Source of the DNA: Azolla caroliniana | Taxonomy: Eukaryota; Plantae; Polypodiophyta | DNA length: 64,000 bases | Direction: 5' to 3' | Assembly (NCBI GenBank): GCA_043228905.1 | Contig: JBHGNT010000014.1 | Location: forward strand, 14,260,001 to 14,324,000 | In this document: piece after piece, positions 21,686 through 34,081 of the stretch | Position numbering within the stretch: the stretch's first letter is position 1 | Layout: the number at the start of each line of letters is the position of its first letter | The notes under the pieces: generated by a model | Told to the model about the DNA's origin: nothing | Database searches by the model: none | The model's input: the letters and a program-made list of their open reading frames with translations, nothing else | Position numbers and translations under genes: made by a program

Positions 21686-22444
21686 TCACGGGAACTTGTC
21701 GTTCCTTATGCGCAAGACTCGGCCACAACCGAGATTCTTTTCATACACAGAAAGCGGGAAATAGAACACGACACAAAGAAGAGAAATGGTACACAGGAGG
21801 TTAACGTGGAAAACCCCAAACTAGGGGAAAAAACCACGGCAGCCCACAGGCTGCAAACTGTCACTATGTATGAATGTACAAAACAGTGAGTACACGGAGG
21901 CAACGACCTCGGGCTCACGATCTTCGCCATAGGCGGCGGTTACAACAGAGGCAACGACCTCGTTCTCTCTCTCTCTCTCTCTGTACAGTTACGCGCTCTC
22001 TCTTCTTCTTGCACCAACAAGGAAGAATGACAACAACAACATAAAAGTTTGCCCTAAGTCATATTTATACTAATATGACTTTTCGGCTATTTACAAATGT
22101 AGCCACAATGGGCTCTCAGAAACATATTTATGAATATGTCTCTTCCTCCGATTCATACCGGTTCTGCACCATCCGGCTCTCCGTAGCCGGGTACTCATCA
22201 TCCGGTTCACACCGGGCCTGCACCATCCGGCTCTCCGTAGCCGGGTACTACTCATCTGGTTCACACCGGGCCTATATCATCCGGCTCTCCGTAGCCGGGT
22301 ACTCCTCATCCGGTTCACACCGGGCCTGTATCATCCGGCTCTCCGTAGCCGGGTACTCCTCATACCGTTTCGGCACTGTTCGTCGGCACTGTTCGTCGGC
22401 ACTGTTCTTCTCCCTTCCCATCCGGAGGGACCTGTCTCCCAACA
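21686..22444 (-). repeat. 5' LTR of Copia C with four 54-bp units (22147-22362)
   Basis: Direct repeat of 5748-6549. Confidence 0.93.
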
Positions 22445-22906
22445 AAGTAGAGGCCATGCAACTAAAAGTGGACATGCAAAGTAACATTGAAGGCGATGAT
22501 CAACGGAGAACTCCATATAAAATTCCATTTTTTTTTCCTACACTCATTCTCTCTCCATATTTTTTATTTTCTTTTCCTTCTTAGCTCTCTTATCTTATCG
22601 AAGCCATAACATTAAAAACCCTAATTTTCCCTACGGAAGCCATAACACTAAAAACCCTAATTTTCTATCGAATCCATATCTCAAATTCTTCTAATCTATT
22701 ATTCTAGTAATCTCTATAAGCTAAAACTTTTGTAATCCCAATCTTGGGATTGATTGTAATCTTTCTTTCCCTTTATAAATGAAATTTGTCAATCTTTCTT
22801 ATTTCGGTTAATTCTTAGTACATAAACACACGAATTTGATATTCTCTGGTCGGAGGCCCTGGGGTCCTGCCTCAAGTTCACATATCCTAGTCGTATTTTC
22901 GCGACA

Positions 22907-25895
22907 GCGCAAAGAAGGGAGGATGTTCATCCTCAACACTAATTCAGATGTCGGCACCGCCATGTTTGCCAAAGGACAGAAGATTGAATCGGACATCGAT
23001 CTCTGGCATAAGAGGATTGGCCATGTCAATTATCGGAGGCTTCAAGACCTACAATCGAAACAAGTCGTCTTTGGTTTGCCGAAATTTAGTGGCCAGAAAG
23101 CCAAAATTTGTGAAGCCTGCCAACTCGGGAAGCAACACCGGCTTCCATTCCCCATCGAATGAAATTGGAGCCGTAACAAGCTCGAACTAATTCATTCGGA
23201 TGTATGGGGACCGGCATAGAACATTAGTCTTGGTGGGAGTCGGTATTTCGTCTCCTTTATCGACGACTACAGCCAGCACATGTGGATCTACCTCATCGAG
23301 AAGAAAAGCGAAGTCTTCGAATGTTTCCAGAACCTCCAAAGTTTAGTCGAAAGGGAAACAGAGAGGAAGATCAAGTGCATGTGGTCGGATGGCGGAAAAG
23401 AATACTTTTCCGGCCAATTCAACAGTTATCTACAGCAGAACGGAATTCAGAGAGAATTTAGCTACAAATACACACCGGAGCAAAACGGTTTGGCCGAAAG
23501 GAAGAACCGGTCAATTGTCAACGCGGCAAGGGCAATGTTGGAGGAGAAAAGCATGCCCCAATTCTACTGGGTTGAGGCGGTCCGGACGGCCATCTACATC
23601 CAAAACCGGATCGGTGACAAGGTGTCAACACACGAGCTATATTTTGAGCGCAAGCCAACTTTGAGACACCTTCGGATATTCGGCAGCATAGCATATGTGC
23701 ATGTACCGGATTAGAAGCGGAGGAAGCTGGATCCAAAGTCGGAGAAGTGCATCTTGGTCGGTTACTCGCATGAGCAGAAGGGGTATAAGTGCTATAACCC
23801 TCGGACGAAGCAGGTCCGAGTAAGCCGAGATGTTGAGTTCGACGAGACGGCATCGTGGTACTCTCTACCGATTCCAACTTCGGACTCTGATCCAATCCCA
23901 GAGGATGAGGCTAGTGAGCCTGAACCGGTCTAGATAGAAGATGAGCTTGAGACTCTAGAAGAGAGTCCGGAATCATTTCGGTTGAGCGGACCGAACGAGC
24001 GACTAGGTCAAAGTGACCAGTCAGATGAGGAACCGGCGAGTAGTGGAGACTCTGTCGTGCTCTCCTAGCACAAGGAACATAGGAGACGGTTCATGCGCAA
24101 AGAGAAGGGGAAGAAGAAGATGCCAGAATACGATATCGGCAGTGAAGGGTCGGATCGGAGTGGATCTGACCCCGGAAAGGAAGAAGGCGGATCTTCGGGA
24201 ACGAAGTCCAAATCGGCCAAGAAGGACCCCAAGCCGGGTGATGACAAGTTACGCCAGTCTTCCCGCCAAAAGAACCCCGTTATGCGATACGGGTACAATG
24301 AGTACATGGAGCATCACTATGCGTACATGACCAAAGTGGCGGAAGTGCATGAGCCGGAGAGCTATGCAGAAGTGGCAAAGGACGCAAATTGGCGTGCCGC
24401 TATGGAAGAAGAAATGTGGGCACTCGATGCCAACGACACATGGGACCTCGTTGACCCTCCCCGACACTGTAAACCGATCAGATGTAAGTGGGTGTACAAG
24501 GTAAAGTACAATGTTGACAGTTCGGTTAACCGGTACAAAGCTCGGTTAGTGGTGAAGGGATACACACAGACCCATGGAATCGACTACGACGAGACCTTTG
24601 CCCCGATAGCAAAGATGACGATGGTTCGTGTGGTACTGGCGGTTGCTACGGCAAGGGGATGGCATCTTCACCACATGGACATGAAGAATGTGTTTCTTCA
24701 AGGTGATCTTGAAGAACGGGTCTATATGATCCAACCCCCCGGTTTCCAATCAGAGATGAACCAGTCGGCAGTGTGTCGACTCAAGAAGTCGCTTTACGGT
24801 CTGAAACAAGCCCCCCGAGCTTGGAATGCGAAGATCACGCACCGGTTGCGTAAGATGGGGTTTGTGGCCTCTAAGTCTGACTCTTCATTGTTCATCCGGA
24901 ACGGTCCAGTCGGTCCGGTTTGCATCTTGCTTTATGTAGATGATTTAGTCATCACCGGACCCGGACTCAATGAAATCAGTCGAGTGAAGTCCCAGCTATC
25001 AAACGCATTTGAAATGAAGGACTTGAGGGACCTTCATTATTTTCTTGGGATTGAGGTGATCCAGACCCCCAATGGCATATTGCTCTCACAACGACACTAT
25101 GTGTTGAATATGTTGTACAAGTTCAACACGACGGAATGCCGACCTGTCTCCACACCCTTGGACCGGAACCAGAAGCTCCGTCCCAACTCCGGACCGGCTT
25201 GCGATGAAAAACGGTTCCAATAAATAGTCGAAACCCTAATATACTTGACAATCACCCAACCCAACATCAATTATCCGGTCGGTGTGATCAGCCAATTCAT
25301 GCAGAAGCCGACTGTTGAGCACCTTCAGTGCGCGCACAAGATATTCTAGTATGTTAGCGGCACGAAGGATCGGGGACTGTTATACCGGCATGGTATAACT
25401 GAAGAGCTAGTCCAATACACAGATGCCGACTGGGCTGGTGATGCATCAGATCGTCGATCCACGTCCAGGTACATGTTTTCCCTTGGTAATGCAGCTGTTG
25501 CGTGGAGCAACAAAATGCAGTCAACAGTGGCTCTGTCGAGCACTGAGGCGGAATACCGGGGTGCTACCATTGCCACCTATGAAGCCATTTGGCTTCGGTG
25601 ACTGCTGCAAGATCTCCAGATCGAGGTGCCGACCCCGATCTTAATCTACTGTAACAACATAAGCAGCATACAACTCACCAAGAACCTCGTATTCCATGCT
25701 CGAAAAAAGCACATAGAAGTGCATTATCACTTCGTGCGTGAGCAGGTCCTGAGTGGTGAAGGTCGAACTTCGGTGTGTTCAGACGGATCGGCAGGTTGTC
25801 GACATCTTCATCAAACCGCTCGGGTCGGACAAGTTGCAGCACTTCACCGAAATGCTTGGTGTTCAACATCTTGACGTGCCGCACTTGAGGGGGAG
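22907..25895 (+). pseudogene. pol: Copia A pol (GAG-pre-integrase, INT, RT, RH), multiple stops
   Basis: LWHKRIGHVN, CEACQLGKQ, SDGGKEY, QNGLAERKNR, LYVDDLV, YTDADW, KHIEVHYHFVRE. Confidence 0.93.
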
Positions 25896-26514
25896 AACGG
25901 GCAAAGGCAAAGAAACCGTTAAAGGCACCGGACAAGGAACCAGAAATGGAAGAACCAACAAAGGGGGAGACAAGAGGAAAAAGGGAGCCGAGTCGACAAA
26001 GGATGTCGGCACATCCGAACAAGTTGGAACGAGCGGCAGCAGTGACAAAGTCAAGAAGGACAAAGCCGACCGGAAGGAGAAGGCCAAGACCCGGACATGG
26101 TCTGATGTGGTGAAGGGCCTAAAACCGGAAGACAAATAGGGAGTGACCGATTCGGACAAGAGCGGGAACAAATCGGAGACAACCGATTCATTTCAATAGT
26201 TGGATTCGGAGGAGCCGGATCAACTAAAGGCCAAGCGGACACAGACACATCTGAAGTCGACGCCAACACCAAGGAACCGACGGGTCGACAAGCGCCGGAG
26301 TCGTAGCAGCGAGGGAGCTTAAATGGGCCTGTTGAGGAGACAAGCCGACCAAGGAGGTTGAGGTGCGCAATACCAGACGGGTCGCGGGAAGCAGAACCAA
26401 ACTGGATGAGGAGCGCGAGCAAGGCGGAACGACGCCATAAGGAGTCGGGTGAAAGAACCGGCTGCCACAGACACTGACACCACGATCCGACCTCAAGTTG
26501 AGTTTGAGGGGGAG

Positions 26515-26956
26515 TGTTGAGCGAGCAAGCTCAATCGGATCCGGATCGGCTGAATAAGCCAGAGCCGGATCGGTATCCGGATGATATCCGGATACAACCG
26601 CGCAGATCGGTGAGACGGATCGGAGAGCCAGATTCGAGCGAGAATCGGAAGCCTAGTAGTAGCCTAGACTACTAGGTAATCATTGTCTCCTAGTTAGTGT
26701 CAGTCGTTCGTATGAGTATTGAAGTACCTATTAGTCGTTTATGGACTTTGTATAAATAGTGTTGTTATAGCACATTGTATGTACAGAGTTTTCAGAGTGT
26801 TATTTTGAATAGAGTTTATGTTCTGCTCTCACTCTCTTTGTCTCTCCCACGCGTATTCTCTGTGTATTAAGCTTCTCCATTAAACCTTCATCTTATTCTT
26901 TGTTGCTATCTAGCTGAGACATTTCTATTTAACGCTTCCGCACGTTAACATCGACA
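26515..26956 (+). repeat. 3' LTR of Copia A
   Basis: Follows the PPT; TG...CA; homologous to 3392-3732. Confidence 0.9.
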
Positions 26957-26974
26957 ATTAGCTATGTGATATCC

Positions 26975-27870
26975 TAAAGCAGTAAAAAGCAACCGACAGT
27001 CACACTGTCGAGAACAGAGACCGAATATAGGGGAACGACCAATACCGCATGTGAAGCCATATGGCTCAAGAGGATTCTCAAGGATCTGGGCATCTCCATC
27101 AAAGATCCAATCCTCCTATATTGCGACAACATGAGCAACATTCACTTGGCTTGAACTCGGTTTTCAACGCTCAGACTAAGGACATCGAGGTGCATTATCA
27201 TTTCATTCGAGAACGTGTCCTAGCTGGAGATGTCAACCTTCAACATATTGGAATGAGCCTTCACACAACCAACACCTTCACGAAGGCCTTGGGAGCTGAC
27301 AAACTACAGAAGTTCACAACGAACCTAGGACTCTTGACCGCAAACCAGCCGAGTTTGAGGGGGATGAGCCACCCGATAAGGAGTCGGACGAAGCCAAACA
27401 AACAAAGCCAAGTGTGGTTGAGTGAGCTGGCTCTCAAAGCCAAACATGGACCCGAATAGCAATCAAGATCAAGTCGATTATACGGCAACCAGAAGTTGCA
27501 TTGGAAGTGGTGTGTTGAGAATCAAACTCAACTTCCCTAGTGTGGGAACACACCTTAGGAATAGCCAAGTGTGTGAACATCCCAACACTTTGTATCATAA
27601 CTAATGTGTCATAAAACTTAACTTCTATGACACATAGTTAGTAGGTAGGTGGTTAAGTCCCCACCTATTTCCCAAGAGGTAGTAAGAGAGTGTAGAGAGA
27701 AGTTGTCTATATAAGCACCTTCTCCTCTTCTTTGTAATTGTTAGTCATGGTTTTCTTGTGAATACAATTTTCTTGTTTTCTGTCTATTCTATGTCAACTA
27801 TTTCTCTCTCACACACACATATATACATACACATATCTATTCCGCTACACAGAATCACACTCGATGCTTT
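26975..27870 (+). mobile_element. older Copia 3' fragment (RNase H, PPT-like tract, probable LTR)
   Basis: SSKKQPTVTLS..E.EY, KDIEVHYHFIRERV, FTKALG; TTGAGGGGGA at ~27356; TATATAAG and CT-rich tract downstream. Right boundary approximate. Confidence 0.7.
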
Positions 27871-30073
27871 ACAAGTATTTAATTAGTTATGGCTACTAGT
27901 TGGTGTAGGTAATAGGTGATGTAGTGTAATTCTTATTAGTTATTAGATGCTAACTACTTGTGGCTACTGGCTTACAAATAATATATTGTAATTCGTGAAT
28001 TAAATAGTTGTGGCTAATAACTAATAGCTAGAAATACTAATATTGAATAATCTTAGCTTATTGTCCCTAATAATAGGAATAAGATCAATGTTAAAGAACA
28101 ATAACTAGTTGATAAGTGCATATGCATCAATTGCAATTATTGTAAATACCTAAGATACATCAAGAACATGAATGGGATGTTCCTCGTATTGACTCCTTTT
28201 GAGACGTTTCCTACACAAATCCTTCTTATTGTGTGATTCCCTACTCTCGTTAGTCCAAAATATGGTGATTATATCCTTGATTTCTATGGGTGTCATTAAC
28301 TTACTTCTAGTGGTTAGCTTTAGTAGACAACTTCCTTTACCTCCTAAACTTAACTTTATTTGAGATCACATTTGAATAATCGCCATAAAGGCTAAACAAT
28401 TAATTTACATACAAAATTTGGCATAGCTAATTATGTCAAGGACACAAGTAATCCTTCCCATTCCCATGCTTTTAGCCTTTAGGTATATGTGGACAAGTTT
28501 GTGTGTGTGTGTGTGTAGATATGATAGGAGTACATGTATGTATTTAATTATTGAATATGTGTTTGTATATGTATATATATAAGTTTACATGTGCAAAGAT
28601 AAAGGTGGTGTGTGTGTTATTTGACTGAAGGATATGTATATTCTTGTTCACTTATTCTTGCCATGGTTATGAGAAGATAGAGTGGAACATTCCTTGAGAT
28701 AAAAAAGAATGACAAAGACGGGTTTATTCCGTTTCAAACTGTCAACTTAAGTCGAGAACAAGATCGGATTGAAGAAAATAATAAGAAAAGGGAAATAATA
28801 GAAGAACATCAGAGTCGTAATTGAGAACAAGATAAAATCAAAGAAGGAAAATAAGAAGGGGGAAATAAGAAAAGATATACAGGGTTAAGCCAAACATTGG
28901 CGTTCAACCAAAATGTTTCATCAATAATAGACATCATGCTTTTATCGCATAGCTTGGACACATCCATGATTGTCACCTCGCAACCATGCACAATTGGCAC
29001 TTGGCATTCATACAAGCATGTCATTTGGCAAATCATGCATTAACATGTGCGAGGTGAATTGGTGATGACATTTTATAATATTATTTTATATACTCTAGAT
29101 TATCTATGGATATTTACAAAGTATATATAATATGATATATCATGACGGTTAAGGTTATAGACATTGTCGTAACAAGTCACATATCCTTAATCATGATTAT
29201 GGCATTAAGTATATCGTCATAGAAGCATTAAGAATATACCTTCGATGTAGAATGTCCAAACTCATATAACATATTCCCATGCATCTACAATATTTTGGAC
29301 ACGTCATTTAGATTCCAATGCACTTCAATAATTAGAAATTTGCATCCTCCAAATTTTTGTCCTCTACATTTTCAGTAAAGTTATCACCAATGTGTATGGC
29401 ATCAATTAGATTGTCCAATCCCCCTAATGTGTGAATATAGCTTCAATTCATTGCTTGTAGACTAAGGTATGGTACACCCAATAATGGATGTATGCCCTGT
29501 TTGATGTGTAAATGTAGCAGTGTTTGTTTTGGAATATGTGTCAATTCTCTACTTCAAATGTATGGTACACACAATTTATTGATATATCCTTTGTTTGCAC
29601 ACTGTCTCCATTTTTCATATGCACAATGATAATCATAGCCTCATTGTGTTTGGTTTTAGAGGTCATGACCATATGCATTCTCAAATTGTTCCAATTGAAT
29701 CTCTCATTGCTCTTGAGTTTTAACCATCCCCCATCTTCATCATTGGAGATTTACACATAGTTTTGTGTAGGTTTGAGAAAGACACTAGTTCTAACTCACT
29801 TTCCTTACTATTGCTTGGACTCGTCACTAATTACAAAAGAAAAGATGGAGGTCAAAGCGACAAATTCCATTGTCCCTTTGGCCAAGTGGTTAATTCGTGT
29901 GCTTGCTAAGTACATGGGGTTTCCTCGTGAAAATTCAAAACTCTTAGGCGACACGATTGGATTTAAGAAAAATTAATGAATTAGACAAAGGTTTTCAATA
30001 GTAGTGTTTTGCATGCCATGGAGAGACAAAGAGATGAAAAATCCATAGTTGTGATTGATTTTGAAAGCATGTT

Positions 30074-30302
30074 CATGTGTTTCACACTACATTGTTATTG
30101 CATATAACCTATTTTACTACCCAGTCTTTCATGTAGCTAATGAGTGTATTAACTAGAGCTTCCTCAATTCCATTCTAGGCATTCTCATCATCATGTGTCT
30201 CACACTACATTGCTATGGCATGCAACCTATTTTACTACCCACTCTTTCATGTAGCCAATGAGTATATTAACTAGAGCTTCCTTGATTGCATTCCAAGCAT
30301 TC
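30074..30302. repeat. two-copy ~118-bp tandem duplication
   Basis: catgtgt.tcacactacattg...aactagagcttcct...gcattct occurs at 30074 and 30192. Confidence 0.8.
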
Positions 30303-31194
30303 TAGGTATGTAGTCAGATGCCTCCCATTTTGCAATTTGGCCTTCTCACTCCCTTTGTATGATGTGTGTGTCACCAACTCGTTCATTGATGCATGCAAGT
30401 AGGCGAAACTTCTATTTTTATATTCATGACATGAGAATGCCTTTTATCATTTTTATAAGAACTTCAATTCCATCCAAATTTTGGTCTAGTAGTTTTAGTG
30501 AATCAATCATGGTTCGAATTGATGATATAATAATATAGCTAATAAAACACAATTTTACTCTTTAATTCAAAATTGTAAGCATCAAGTGTGACAGATTTTA
30601 CTAAAGGGTTATTCTACTATACAATTTGAAGTTTATGCCCCACTGGGCTAGGCAAAGGGTTTTAAGAAGTTCTAAACTTATAATGTTCTGCATTTTTGTG
30701 GATAATGCTCAATATTCCCAATTTCTCTGGATAAATGCTAAAGAATTGCAAGTTTTGAGTAAGAACATGACAATAGATATGCTACAATGGTGGGTCTAAT
30801 GCATCACCACATTGCCTGCAAATTACTTGAGGTACAAAAGGTCCAATCGCCTATGGCATTGTAGCATTATAAGACAAGAATGACATGAACAAAATGATTG
30901 ATTGCAAATGCCAAGGAGAGAATATGAAATCAAAAGACAAGAGAGTGGTGGGGACGAGGCATCGCCATGTGTCGTGTAGATTAGGAGTACCACATCGTGG
31001 ATAAAAAGTGTAGCAAAAGACGACATATGATCAATCACAAGTGTTGTCGGCGATGTTCTCCATCTTGGAGGTACCTCTATAATAAAAGAGGGAGGCTGCT
31101 TGTACCGAAAAGACGCAATGATTTGTCAATCATGTGCATAAGGTTGGATTGTCAACATCAAATCGATTGGTAGCCTAATTTTGTATGTCGATAA

Positions 31195-31921
31195 ATATAT
31201 ACACACACATATATACATATATTAATATATACATACATACATATAGACACACATACATGTATACATGCATATATACAATATACAAACACATACATACACA
31301 CATATAACATACATAGATACGTACATACATACACATACATATGTTCAAAAGATGTTGCGTATCAAATAAAGTGCAAGCAAAGACAATTGAAGGACACATT
31401 AGATCACAAGTTGCATGTGTGGGTGTGTGTGTGTGTGTGTGTGTGCGCGTACCGAAAAGAGGCAATGATTTATCAATCATGGTATGCGGTTGGATTGTTA
31501 ACATCTCGCGGGTTGGGGAACCTAATTTCGTGTGTACATACATACAGACATTATCGTATACATATACATATACATACATACATACATTGTACGTATGTGC
31601 AAACATAAATGGATACATACATGCATACGTATGCATCTTTAAATGTACGTTTGTATGCATGTACATCTAAATATACAATCATCCAAAGGCATGCACAACA
31701 CATGCCATACATATACACAATATCATTATGCATACGATATACCTATACATACATACATACATACATACATACATACATCACACATATCGTACATATCGTA
31801 CATATCATACATACATACATATCATACATACATACATACATACATACATACATACATACATACATACATACATACATACATACATACACACATACATACA
31901 TATCATACATACATACATACG
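31195..31921. repeat. (TACA)n/(TA)n/(TG)n microsatellite-rich region
   Basis: Long TACA runs at 31745-31920; (TG)n at 31424-31445. Confidence 0.9.
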
Positions 31922-32461
31922 TTTAAGACCCAAGATACATTGAATACATACAATTGGTGCAGATTTTGTCGTCAAACTTTGAACGGAATACTTTCTACAC
32001 AATTGTTTTTAATTTCATTGCATTTGTTTTTATTTTTTTACGCCCCCTTTTACTGTTCAAAAATCAGACATTATCTTATTGCAGGAATTGCCACGTGAAA
32101 TTTCCCAAAACAAAAAAACAAACAAAATGAAAGCCGAGCATCTTTGTGTCGCGCTAAATCAATTAGTTCATTAATCCCGTCATCAGTCAAATTAAAATTT
32201 CTTTACTTAATTAAGCGTTTGATCCATTCGATCAGGATTAAGCGCGTGATTATGAGCGGTGAATTCGTGATCAGCAGCACGAACGTTAAAACTTAAATCG
32301 ATGACGGCGATTATTAATTAGCATAATGGAGATCCGGGGTAATCAATCAATGTGGGATCGATTAATTAAGCATTGGGATCGGCCGTCAGATTAATTTACA
32401 TGAATTTAAATCGACGTAAGCAGATGGGAAAACCCAATTAGGAAACAAACAATGAGACGAT

Positions 32462-33049
32462 TCAAAAGTTTTCTCGCGAAAAATAGAATCGGGTGAGGAA
32501 GGAAGAATTAACGCATGAAGCCAGGAACAAAAAAAACAGGAGAAGAAAAGAATTGAAACTAGATTTAGAGTAATAATTGGGAATGGTATTGGGTTGTAAG
32601 AGGGGGGGATTAAAAAGAGACAGAGAGAGAGAGAGAGAGAGAGGAAGGATTAGGCGGCGGTGGTGGTGGTGGAGGTGCAGCTGGGCGGCGGCGGCGGAGG
32701 CGGAGGCGGAGGAGGAGGAGGAGGCTGAAACAAGAGTAATAATTGCTGCTCGGGTAGCGCCGCCGCCGTCACGTGAGGGGTAGTCGACGGCCACGTGCGG
32801 ATTATACGAGGCGACCGGCGGCGCCGGTGACGGTGGCGGTGGCGGCGCGTGGCGGCTGAGGGCCCGGAGCTCCGCCACCTCCGCCCGGAGCCGCCGGTTC
32901 TCGGCGGTCAGCGACTCGCAGCAGCGCTTCAGGAGCTCGCAGTCCGCCTCCGTCTGCTTCAGCTTCGTCCGCGCCCTTCGGTTCTGGAACCATACCTCCA
33001 CCTGCCGCGGGCTCAGATCTAATTGCCTCGCTAATCCATTCTTCTGCTT
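32462..33049 (-). CDS. class II HD-Zip transcription factor, exon 2 (homeodomain helices 2-3, leucine zipper, C-terminus); true stop may be 32650
   Basis: Acceptor TGCAG|AAG at 33050/33049; [54 protein letters not shown] is diagnostic of HD-Zip II (HAT/ATHB2 family). Confidence 0.92.
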   Translation of the reverse strand, partial: KQKNGLARQLDLSPRQVEVWFQNRRARTKLKQTEADCELLKRCCESLTAENRRLRAEVAELRALSRHAPPPPPSPAPPVASYNPHVAVDYPSRDGGGATRAAIITLVSASSSSSASASAAAAQLHLHHHHRRLILPLSLSLSLSLFNPPLLQPNTIPNYYSKSSFNSFLLLFFLFLASCVNSSFLTRFYFSRENF

Positions 33050-33187
33050 CTGCACATTGGATGAATGAATTCACAAGGAGCAGATGATTAAGATCTTGGG
33101 AGATATGCAATCCCCTGCACTACTACACCAAAAAATGTTCGCTAAATCACTAACTAATCAGCCTGTTTTGTTGAGCTAAATCCTTAC

Positions 33188-34081
33188 CGGATTAAGCGTG
33201 CTCTGCCTCCTGAAGCTCTCCTCCAGTAACGCAGATTGCTGTTTGGATAGCCTCAGCTTCTTCCTCCCACCTGCAGCGCCGCCACTGTTGGAATTCATGC
33301 TGCCATTCCCTGCCCCTGGATCCACCGCGTAATTAGCATTATAAATCTCCTCCTCCTCCTCCTCCTCCTCCTCCTGCTCCTGCTCGTCATGGTCACTGAT
33401 CCCTTCCTGATCATCGTAAATTTCCTCTTCGCCATTACCATAATCCTCGTGATTAATTTGATCCTCGTGCCCTGATAATCTCCTCTTCTTCACGGATCCG
33501 GCATGCGAATTAGCACTGTCATTGTTATACTTGCACTTAATGGTGTTATTGCTGTTGCCATCGCAGGCTCCGATCATCTCCACACTGGAATTGCTGTTGT
33601 AATTATTGTAGTTGTGATTGCAGGTTTGGCCACTGCTAATATTAGATACGTTTTTAGTGATTGGGACCTCATTGACATCTATAGTATAGCTACTGCTAAT
33701 GTTCATGCCCCAATTCTTGCAGACATTTGTAGGAGTATTCGGATTGCTCGATCTGCGGCTCTCCACAGCGGATTTGCTATAAATTAGCTCATGATTCTTG
33801 CCCGTCATGAAATTGCCCAGCTTTAATGAATCTGCAGTAGTATTGGGCATTAATTGAGAAGGAGCGTAGCCATTATTAGATAGATCATTTGATGCATACT
33901 GGGTTGTCTGATTATTGTAGCAAGGACCATGGGGCAGTAGCTCTAAATATTGGATGGATTGGCCTGTGGGATCATGATTACTGTTGGATAATGGGGACAC
34001 AATATCATTAGTGGTGGTTACACATGATCTTGTGTATTGATTAGAGGATGGGTAATTAGAGAGGGAGATTGATAGATCCAT
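33188..34081 (-). CDS. class II HD-Zip transcription factor, exon 1
   Basis: ATG at 34081 (MDLSISL, EAR-like), IDVNEVP motif, acidic tract, RKKLRLSKQQSALLEESF..STLNP, donor CCG|GTAAG at 33188/33187 (138-bp intron). Confidence 0.88.

Larger units (their letters stand above)
5748..22444 (-). mobile_element. Ty1/Copia LTR retrotransposon C (interrupted by D and E)
   Basis: LTRs 5748-6549 and 21686-22444; TSD AAGTA; PBS TGGTATCAGAGC (21672-21683, minus); PPT AGGGGGAG next to 6550. gag-PR 21655-20258, INT-RT 15384-13059, RH 6870-6560. Confidence 0.95.
5116..22906 (+). mobile_element. solo LTR B (~1.1 kb: 5116-5747 plus 22450-22906), TGTCGTG...CGCGACA type, split by Copia C
   Basis: Inverted termini; 4-bp TSD GCGT/GCGC; removing it restores Copia A pol. 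Carries ~22-bp GGAACCGG-type repeats at ~5440-5600 and the shared U5 hairpin at 22846-22873. Confidence 0.8.
3392..26956 (+). mobile_element. Ty1/Copia LTR retrotransposon A (outermost of the nest; degenerate; interrupted 5116-22906)
   Basis: 5' LTR remnant 3392-3732, PBS TGGTATCA at 3733, gag-PR to 5115. Pol resumes at 22907 (IIAQG|RKEGRMF) with INT, RT and RH. PPT TTGAGGGGGAG at 26504-26514; 3' LTR TGTTGA...TCGACA at 26515-26956. Confidence 0.93.

Noticed and set aside
27640-27690. Possible further tRNA-like module (GGTGGTTAAG...CCAAGAGGT) in the old Copia LTR
   Set aside because: No B-box/T-arm follows; too weak to count.
31158-32098. Cluster of His/Tyr/Ile/Thr-rich ORFs
   Set aside because: Translations of TACA/TG microsatellites.
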